Shown here piece by piece: positions 57,500 through 64,000 of a stretch of 64,000 bases of DNA. Location: positions 54,028-118,027 of the forward strand of contig JAGXKX010000001.1 in the NCBI GenBank assembly GCA_018335015.1, in the 5' to 3' direction. This DNA is from Candidatus Bipolaricaulota bacterium. Lineage in GTDB: Bacteria; Bipolaricaulota; Bipolaricaulia; M55B111. The position numbers and the translations under genes are program-made. The notes beneath the pieces were generated by a model, which did no database searches, was not told the DNA's origin, and saw only the letters and a list, made by a program, of their open reading frames with translations. Numbering within the stretch: position 1 is the stretch's first letter; each line of letters begins with the position of its first letter.

Positions 57500-57837
57500 C
57501 TCTATTATTCTGAATCGGTATCCTAACCGCTCTCGGTGCAACCACCTGCTTTAGGTCCAGGGAGATAATGGCGGCCAAATAGGGTATCGGGCTTGATCAA
57601 CAACAGGGCCCACAACCACAACCCAGGAAAGCAAGAAAAGCTACAGCCCACATAGACCAAAACAACCCCAGCACAAACGCCGATCCAATGAACATTGAAA
57701 TACCTCCTTTTAATTTCCTTTCAATATTAGGATATATCGAACAAGCAAACTTGTCAATTAACTGCCCAGGATCGTGGTCTAAGCCAAAATAAATTCTCAA
57801 AGGTACCTGCATGATTAGAATTTGGGGAATTATTCCA

Positions 57838-58686
57838 TTATTTGCTGCCTATTTCCTCCCTCAGTGCCTTTTTAGTCATCTCCGTCAGATCATCTATTTT
57901 ATCACTGTTGCGGTACAGGACGACGTTTTCCTGTCGAAGGACGAGATCGTAACCTTCCTCCTCAGCTCTCAAGTTGGTAATCTGAAATATCTTTTTCTCT
58001 ATCAAGCTAGTCAACAGATTGTCGAGTTGATCGTACTGCCTTCGAATTTGCGAAAGCGTCTGCGAGACCTCCTCCGGAACGGCCGTGCCCTCTCTAATGT
58101 CCTCTAATACTTTTTCTAACTCGTCCACTATCGGCCCAACTTGCTCTTTTATATCAAATAGCCTGCCCGAAACGGATTCGAATCCCTCTGCTTGAAGCAT
58201 CTTATCCAGCATGGCTATATCTATTTCCAGTTGAGCTTTTAGCCTTTCGGCCTGAAGTACATCTCTCTGTCTCTTGTAATCGCTTTCCGATATTTCGCCT
58301 TTGAGAACTTCCTCCCTCAGGGAGATCAGTTCCTCCGACTTTTCCTTGGCACTTTTTCTTTCTTCTTCTACGGCCTGGGTGAAGACAGTAAAGGCTTCCT
58401 TCGCGTTTACGTACCCTATTTTCACTCTGGAACCGGAAGGGCCCAGGTCAGTCTCTGTGCCCGCAGCCTTGCTTAGTTCCTTTATCTTGCTATCGAGTAT
58501 TGATCTAACACCTAACAAAGAATCCAGCGCCTGGGAAATTTCTCCGGAGTTTATCAGGTTTTCAGCTCTATTAAGCTCCTCGATTAGTAGGTCGGCGGAA
58601 AAATCCTCCTGACTTAAACCGATCGGTGCACCTGCCAGTACCAGCGCAATAACAATGCAAAAAGTTATGGTTATAGTTTTTTTCAA
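57838..58686 (-). CDS. exported coiled-coil hypothetical protein
   Basis: It has a signal peptide (MKKTITITFCIVIALVLAGAPIGLS) and a long heptad-like charged region. Confidence 0.5.
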   Translation of the reverse strand: MKKTITITFCIVIALVLAGAPIGLSQEDFSADLLIEELNRAENLINSGEISQALDSLLGVRSILDSKIKELSKAAGTETDLGPSGSRVKIGYVNAKEAFTVFTQAVEEERKSAKEKSEELISLREEVLKGEISESDYKRQRDVLQAERLKAQLEIDIAMLDKMLQAEGFESVSGRLFDIKEQVGPIVDELEKVLEDIREGTAVPEEVSQTLSQIRRQYDQLDNLLTSLIEKKIFQITNLRAEEEGYDLVLRQENVVLYRNSDKIDDLTEMTKKALREEIGSK

Positions 58687-58973
58687 ACTTTCACCCCCGC
58701 AGTATATACTTTACGGATAAAGTCCCGTGGCGCAACTATAAATATTAATTCCTGACACCATCTATCAGGTGGTTATTGTTTCACGACCACTTCATAGTTT
58801 AAAAGATCTTCGTGCGCCTCGAGAAACAGACTTAATATGCCTGGTTAGCAAATTTAATGAGCGTTTTGTTGTCTCTGCCGGTAATCTATAATATTGGTGG
58901 AAAGTAGGCTACATAAAGGTCACCTTCAATTAGAATCTAACTAACTTTAGAGCATATTTAGAGGAGGGTTATT

Positions 58974-59957
58974 ATGAGAAAAACCCCAATCTTGTCTTTA
59001 GTAGTTGTGATAGCCGCGTTCATAGCTGTACCCGGAGGTATTGCAAACCCCCAGGTAACAGACGAGCAACTCGATCTTGCCGAAGCGAACGTAATGGGCG
59101 TCAATTATTCCCGGTCGGGGGGCGATCGAGAATTAAGATTTAACGTGACTCTCTACCATGACGACGAGGGCGAGGACGGCTACGCCAACTGGTGGCAGGT
59201 AGAAACCCTGAATGGAGTTAATCTAGGTCGACGGGATCTACTCCACGCACACGGAACAAGAGAGTTTACTCGGTCTGACACAATAAGGACACCGGAAGAA
59301 ACGCGATACATCATAGTTCGCGGGCACGACGAGATCCACGGTTACGGGGGGAGGGCCGCCATAGTGGACCTCAACCTGGAAGAGATTGAATTCATCGATC
59401 AAGGGTCCGATCCTAACAACTTCTCTGATTACGCCGAAACCCAACCAGTTGAGATGAAACCTTATTCGAACGAAGAATTCGGCTTTAAGATAAGTTATCC
59501 GAAAAGCTGGGAGAAGGTTTTTCCAAAGGAAGAGAAAAACAAAGAACCAAAAGATCATAAAGAGATATTCTTTAGGGCCACCAGCAGCGAAGATCTTTGG
59601 AAGGCAACCTCTATATCAGTAGTGGCAAACGAGGTAAACTCACCTGTAACCCTCAATGAGTACGAGCAATACGTGGAATTGTCCAATAAGTTTTTCCCAC
59701 CCGGTTACGAAAGTATCTATCGCGGCGAGCTCGAAGGGATCCCGGCTGTTGTTACAGAGTCTACTCATATTGACTACATATCAAAAACCGGGGGCAAAAA
59801 CGAAACTGAGCAGACCCGAAAAACTAAGACCGTAAGTCTAATCACCCGGGGGAACCTTTACCGGATAACTGTCAGTGCCAATTCGGAAGATTTCGATGAA
59901 GCAAATCAAGAATACTTCGAGCGGATACTGGACTCTTTCGAAATTTTGCCTGAATGA
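58974..59957 (+). CDS. secreted hypothetical protein
   Basis: It has a signal peptide (MRKTPILSLVVVIAAFIAVPGGIA) and GGAGGG upstream. Confidence 0.5.
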   Translation: MRKTPILSLVVVIAAFIAVPGGIANPQVTDEQLDLAEANVMGVNYSRSGGDRELRFNVTLYHDDEGEDGYANWWQVETLNGVNLGRRDLLHAHGTREFTRSDTIRTPEETRYIIVRGHDEIHGYGGRAAIVDLNLEEIEFIDQGSDPNNFSDYAETQPVEMKPYSNEEFGFKISYPKSWEKVFPKEEKNKEPKDHKEIFFRATSSEDLWKATSISVVANEVNSPVTLNEYEQYVELSNKFFPPGYESIYRGELEGIPAVVTESTHIDYISKTGGKNETEQTRKTKTVSLITRGNLYRITVSANSEDFDEANQEYFERILDSFEILPE

Positions 59958-60060
59958 TGGTCTTAGAATGATAAGCGATAAATTTCAATCTTTCATTAGC
60001 TGGTAAAACCCCATTAGAACAAGGTTCTAGCTTAAGTGCTTTATAATTAACCGGAACTCC

Positions 60061-60570
60061 ATGAAAAAGAAGGTGATCATGATGGATTCCAAAACGGAAG
60101 GAGACGAAAAAGTTTACGAAAAGCTAGAAAGTCTGATAAAACACGGATTCAGAATCCTTGACGTCGGCTGTGGTGACGGGTCTTTCCTCAACCAGATAAC
60201 AAAGCATCACGATATCAGCGGAGTCGGGATTGACCCTTCTCCTGCGAAGAGAGAAGATGCCGATACGAACTGCACGATTTTAAAAGCAGAAAGTGTCGGG
60301 GAGTTGGAAGAAAAGTTCGACCTCGTTTACAGCATAAATAGCCTGCACCATTTCGGCGACGTCTCCGAGTTTTTCGAAGGCGTCCCGGAAAAGCTAAAGA
60401 GACCGGGCAATATAATTCTTGCCGACTGGAAGGAAGGCGCCTCGACCGGTAGGCCGGAAAGCTACTTTTCCCGGGAACACATAAGTAAATTGATGACGGA
60501 AGCAGGGTTCGAAGTCACGGAATCACGGGACCTGGAAAGGCAATTTTTCTTGGTCGGCAAATTGTTCTAA
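60061..60570 (+). CDS. class I SAM-dependent methyltransferase
   Basis: Motif I is ILDVGCGDGSF. A downstream acidic motif is also present. Confidence 0.75.
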   Translation: MKKKVIMMDSKTEGDEKVYEKLESLIKHGFRILDVGCGDGSFLNQITKHHDISGVGIDPSPAKREDADTNCTILKAESVGELEEKFDLVYSINSLHHFGDVSEFFEGVPEKLKRPGNIILADWKEGASTGRPESYFSREHISKLMTEAGFEVTESRDLERQFFLVGKLF

Positions 60571-60737
60571 CAAATTGAGTAATCGTTAAACCATCAAATT
60601 TTCAAAAACTTTTGATAGATATAGAAGGAAGAAAAACGAGGATACTTATCATTTGCAAGAATAAAAACTTTTAGTTAAAATAATTATAGTTTAGTAAACA
60701 TTTTTAATTCAAAAAATCAACTAGGAGGTTGATTAAA

Positions 60738-61400
60738 ATGAGCGAGCAGGAAAATATGCCTCTGATAGGGGATAAATTTCCGAACCTTGAAGTAAATACA
60801 AGCCACGGCACTTTCAAATTGCCTGATAAATACAAAGGGAAATGGTTCTTGCTTTTCTCTCATCCCGGGGACTTTACACCCGTCTGCACGACAGAATTCT
60901 ATGCATTCCAGAAGCGCTACGACCAATTCAAGGAACTAAATACCGAGCTGATAGGACTGAGCATTGACCAGGTCCACAGCCACTTAAAATGGACGGAATG
61001 GATTAAGGACAACCTGGGTGAAGAAATTGAGTTCCCGATAATCGCGGACGGGAGGGGGAAAGTAGCTGAAAAACTTGGGCTTCTCCACCACACAGGCGGT
61101 ACAGCAACCGTGAGAGCCGTTTTTGTTGTGGATCCGGAATCGAAAATAAGATCCATACTTTACTATCCCGCCGAGCTTGGCAGAAACATGGACGAATTCC
61201 TTAGAATAATCAAGGGATTCCAGAAAGCTGAAGAAGAGGGCGTGGCAATTCCGGCAAACTGGCCTGACAACGAATTGGTGGGTGACGACGTTATATCGCC
61301 CCCTGCTGGTAGCGAAGAAATGATCGAAAAGCGAAGAAAGCAGGAAGAAAGAGGCGAAATCGAGTGCTACGACTGGTGGCTCTGTCACAAAAAATCCTAG
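60738..61400 (+). CDS. peroxiredoxin (Prx6/1-Cys-like subfamily with C-terminal CxDWWxC)
   Basis: The ATG lies 9 nt after AGGAGG. The track ORF starts at TTG 60729. The peroxidatic Cys motif is FTPVCTTE. The C-terminal pair is [10 protein letters not shown]. Confidence 0.85.
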   Translation: MSEQENMPLIGDKFPNLEVNTSHGTFKLPDKYKGKWFLLFSHPGDFTPVCTTEFYAFQKRYDQFKELNTELIGLSIDQVHSHLKWTEWIKDNLGEEIEFPIIADGRGKVAEKLGLLHHTGGTATVRAVFVVDPESKIRSILYYPAELGRNMDEFLRIIKGFQKAEEEGVAIPANWPDNELVGDDVISPPAGSEEMIEKRRKQEERGEIECYDWWLCHKKS

Positions 61401-61431
61401 GAAAATAGATTCATTTTTTATGCTCTTAGAC

Positions 61432-61464
61432 AGGGCGCAGGTCAATTGTCCTCCGCCCTGTTTA
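61432..61464 (+). terminator. hairpin with weak T-tract downstream of the prx gene
   Basis: The stem CAGGGCGCAGG/CCTCCGCCCTG (one mismatch) encloses an 8-nt loop and is followed by TTTAAG. Confidence 0.4.
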
Positions 61465-61668
61465 AGTCTTAGAAATCGACCCAAAAGGACAAGTCGGAAT
61501 TAATAAAATCCAACGATAAAGGTAATCTAAAAAAGGCAGGGAGCCCTTTATATATACATGACAAACGGCACGAATTGGAAAAACCATCCTCCCGTCCAAA
61601 TACAATATACGGTTTATGCCCCAATTTTCGACTTCTTTAGTCAATTGTGTAATATTGTGTAAAGCACG

Positions 61669-62640
61669 TTATAATTCCCGCCCTTTCCCGGAATCACTAA
61701 TCTCCACTAACCCGTGCGGGTAGGGATCGAAGTACCTCTGATCCTTCAAGTACTCCACGTTAAACCTGACGATCCAGGACCGAACCAGACTGATTAACGA
61801 ACTGAGTGGTACTTTTCCAGCTCTGTAGTCCTCAATATAGTCCTGGAATAAGGACTTCTCCTGAGAGTTAAGCTCGTCGGAGAAGTAGCCGAAGGAGTGT
61901 TCAAGTGTATTGACGTGGGTTCCGGGCGAGGGGGATTCGGACAGGGCCTGGGTTAAAAGCTCGTGGTAATTTTTTATAACCTGCCCAACCTCTTTTTCCT
62001 CTCGGTTGGCGGCAATTTTGCCCATTTTTCTCATTGTTTCCTGATCGTAAGTCATCAGCAGGAATTTGTGCCTCGCCTGGTAATCGGTAAGCGCTTTCAT
62101 GGATTCATTTTCGAGGACGTGTTTTCTGAATCGAGCCAGAGCGAATAAAGCCGTATAAAAATCCTCCCTGATCCGGAAGTTCCTCAATCGCCCTTCGTTT
62201 TCCACCGGTTTCAAGGGATATTCTTCAACGACGGCTCCACCAAATATACCGGGAACTTTTTTCAGTACTCCCGATTTGTCCAGGTCGTCGTACAGCTTGA
62301 CGTCGTTGGTGCCACAGCTCGGAGATCTGTTCTTCAAAATGGCTCCATCTATCTCGTCGAGCTCGGAGAATAGGTTCGAAGCGTAGTCCTTCATCTCTTC
62401 TGTACAGTCCTTCCTAGTCTCGGTCTGGATTAACCGCGGTGCTCCTTCTTTTTCTACTAGCCTTAAAGCTTTACGAGGTACACCTAAGCCGATCTCAACC
62501 TCAGGACATACCGGCTCGAATTCTACGTAATTTTTTAGGTTCTCTACGACATCGCTCGATATTATTCCGCCGTTGAACCGGCAGGAATCGAAGCCTATGC
62601 ACTTGCTTAACAGTACTTTTGGTTTTATGTTATTGATCAC
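61669..62640 (-). CDS. DUF523 (TudS-like 4Fe-4S thiouracil desulfidase-type) fused to DUF1722
   Basis: The N-terminus LLSKCIGFDSCRFNGG ... PVCPEVEIGLGVPR with conserved Cys matches DUF523. The C-terminal half is YbgA/DUF1722-like. Confidence 0.65.
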   Translation of the reverse strand: MINNIKPKVLLSKCIGFDSCRFNGGIISSDVVENLKNYVEFEPVCPEVEIGLGVPRKALRLVEKEGAPRLIQTETRKDCTEEMKDYASNLFSELDEIDGAILKNRSPSCGTNDVKLYDDLDKSGVLKKVPGIFGGAVVEEYPLKPVENEGRLRNFRIREDFYTALFALARFRKHVLENESMKALTDYQARHKFLLMTYDQETMRKMGKIAANREEKEVGQVIKNYHELLTQALSESPSPGTHVNTLEHSFGYFSDELNSQEKSLFQDYIEDYRAGKVPLSSLISLVRSWIVRFNVEYLKDQRYFDPYPHGLVEISDSGKGREL

Positions 62641-62823
62641 GGTTCCTCCTTTCTTCTATGGGGATTCTAACGGTGAGTCGTATTTTTTCCAACTTTCGGC
62701 GATAAGGCCCCGTTTTCTGAGGGTGAATGAACCGGACCACAGTATGGCTGACATTAGAACGAAAGAAATTCCCAGAATCATGAACTTAATATTACCGGGG
62801 CTTGAGGCTTATCACCAATAATT

Positions 62824-63987
62824 TTGTTTTTCCAAACCAGGTTGCTGTATAATGCGACCGGGAAGGCTAGAAGGTTTGCCAGCCTTCGTGAATCCAATAA
62901 TCTCAATCAAAGGGAGCAGGTTGAAATTAATTACAAAAAAATCGCAAAAGTAACCGCGATATCCGTCTGCGTCCTGGTAGTTCTTTTTGCCGCTTTCGTC
63001 GGCTGGGTCTATTTATCTACGCACCAGCCGGATCAGGTTGAATCCGCCCCCTTGACCAATCGGGAATATGCACCACTTGTACCTCAAGGGGAAAAGATAA
63101 AGATTCTGAACTGGAACGTCCAGTTCATAGCGGGGAAGGGTTACTACTTTTACTACGAAGGAGGTTCCGATACGAGGCCCACCTCTGAGGATATAATTCG
63201 GACTACGGAAGAAGTGACCCGAGTAATAAAAGAAGAAAATCCGGATATAATACTCCTTCAGGAAGTTGACGACGGAGCAAAACGAACGGATCACGAAGAC
63301 CAGTTGAATAATCTGCTCGCCCGACTGCCAGACGATTACGGCTCCCATGCCTCCGCCTTTTACTGGAAGGCGGCTTTTTCGCCTCATCCAAAAATTCTTG
63401 GATCGGTAGGGATGAAACTATCGGTGATATCCAGGTATAAAATCGAGTCCGCCGTCCGATATCAACTCGCCCTGAAACCGGATAACTGGTTCGTAAGACA
63501 GTTCGATCTCAAACGAGCGGTACTGGAAGTCGTGCTTCCCCGGGATTCGGTAAAGGACCTAGTGGTATTTAATACTCACCTGACGGCGTTTGCTTTTGGA
63601 TCCGACGTCAGGAGTCGTCAGGTCGAAGAAATCAAATCACTACTGAACGAAAAATCATCAAATGGCAATCCCTGGGTTATCGGCGGAGACTTTAACCTGG
63701 AACCGCCTGGACCCAAGGTGGAGAGAAAGGGGAGCGAGGTAATAAAACCTCTTTTCGACGAGTATCGAGCGGTGCCCGGCTACGAAGAAGTCAACGGGGC
63801 AAGTCCGGAAGATTGGTATACACATTTCCCCAACGATCCCGATATAAAAAGCCCGAACAAGACAATAGACTACTTCTTTCTTTCGGATAATCTTTCTCTT
63901 GGCGAGCACTACGTAAGGCAGGAAGATACACTTGATATTTCCGATCATCTGCCGGTTATTGCGGAAGTTAGTTTGCCTGGAACTTAG
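62824..63987 (+). CDS. endonuclease/exonuclease/phosphatase (EEP) family membrane-anchored protein
   Basis: It starts at TTG and has an N-terminal TM segment. EEP motifs are present (ILNWNVQF, DIILLQEVDD, DISDHLPV). Confidence 0.7.
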   Translation: MFFQTRLLYNATGKARRFASLRESNNLNQREQVEINYKKIAKVTAISVCVLVVLFAAFVGWVYLSTHQPDQVESAPLTNREYAPLVPQGEKIKILNWNVQFIAGKGYYFYYEGGSDTRPTSEDIIRTTEEVTRVIKEENPDIILLQEVDDGAKRTDHEDQLNNLLARLPDDYGSHASAFYWKAAFSPHPKILGSVGMKLSVISRYKIESAVRYQLALKPDNWFVRQFDLKRAVLEVVLPRDSVKDLVVFNTHLTAFAFGSDVRSRQVEEIKSLLNEKSSNGNPWVIGGDFNLEPPGPKVERKGSEVIKPLFDEYRAVPGYEEVNGASPEDWYTHFPNDPDIKSPNKTIDYFFLSDNLSLGEHYVRQEDTLDISDHLPVIAEVSLPGT

Positions 63988-64000
63988 TCAAACCAGCGAA

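Noticed and set aside
57597-57812. 71-aa minus-strand ORF (small membrane peptide ending CGCGPCC)
   Set aside because: It is plausible as a tiny membrane protein but has no RBS or conservation evidence, and it lies in the gene-decay patch. It is not called as a feature.
1-64000. Archaeal origin of the window, suggested by the LonB-type protease, CDC48/VAT-like ATPase, AbrB-PhoU and TTTATAA boxes near the tRNAs
   Set aside because: The TTTATAA boxes are too close to the tRNA 5' ends (13 nt) for archaeal TATA spacing but form perfect bacterial -10 hexamers with TTGnnn -35 boxes at 17-nt spacing. Bacterial-type MraY (HHHFE motif), a 587-aa AspRS, type-A RNase P RNA with a sigma70 promoter, SD sequences and hairpin plus T-tract terminators all indicate a bacterium.
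1-64000. CRISPR arrays
   Set aside because: No regularly spaced short direct repeats were found. The only tandem repeats are a 12-bp x2 (18766-18789) and a 9-bp x2 (about 61641).

Overview
This 64 kb window looks like a bacterial chromosomal segment of about 50% GC. Three RNA genes carry sigma70-type -35/-10 boxes with 17-nt spacers, many genes have GGAGG-like ribosome-binding sites, and several end in hairpin plus T-tract terminators. MraY, AspRS and RNase P RNA are of bacterial type, but the segment also carries an archaeal-type LonB, a two-AAA-domain CDC48-like ATPase and an AbrB-PhoU protein. TTG and GTG start codons are frequent. I call about 58 protein genes, two tRNA-Ala genes (CGC and GGC, both with the G3:U70 alanine identity pair and an encoded CCA) and an RNase P RNA on the minus strand. 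The six-frame track mis-assigns the RNase P RNA as a 75-aa ORF. The left 47 kb is compact housekeeping DNA. It carries lon, a lipB-lipA-lplA lipoylation cluster, divergent kbl/tdh, rnz, iscS-iscU, uvrA-uvrC, wecB, gatA, an mraY-like gene, aspS, a cdc48-like gene and a PadR-regulated ABC exporter operon. The right ~15 kb (about 47.7-62 kb) looks accessory. It has a catalytic-domain-only tyrosine recombinase, an 840-bp AT-rich spacer with iteron-like direct repeats, a PIG-L deacetylase / GNAT / flavoprotein disulfide reductase / Crp cluster, decayed genes (a DUF2089 Zn-ribbon gene and MFS fragments), secreted hypotheticals, a peroxiredoxin and a TudS-like gene. The most striking unexplained signal is a family of ~200-bp MITE-like elements with at least six copies between 9.6 and 41.8 kb, all intergenic. 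Each has 13-bp terminal inverted repeats (CAGTTCTTTCACC) and an internal ~85-nt hairpin. The hairpin has a conserved 9-bp inner stem (TTACCTGGC/GCCAGGTAA) and a polypyrimidine outer stem that differs completely between copies yet stays complementary. Other notable points are a PKD-domain secreted protein whose signal-peptide region is disrupted by a frameshift and an in-frame TAA, a DUF1028 gene with no canonical start codon upstream of its conserved N-terminus, an unexplained 0.88 kb non-coding block next to tRNA-Ala(GGC), and an orphan terminator that suggests a small RNA upstream of the PKD gene.
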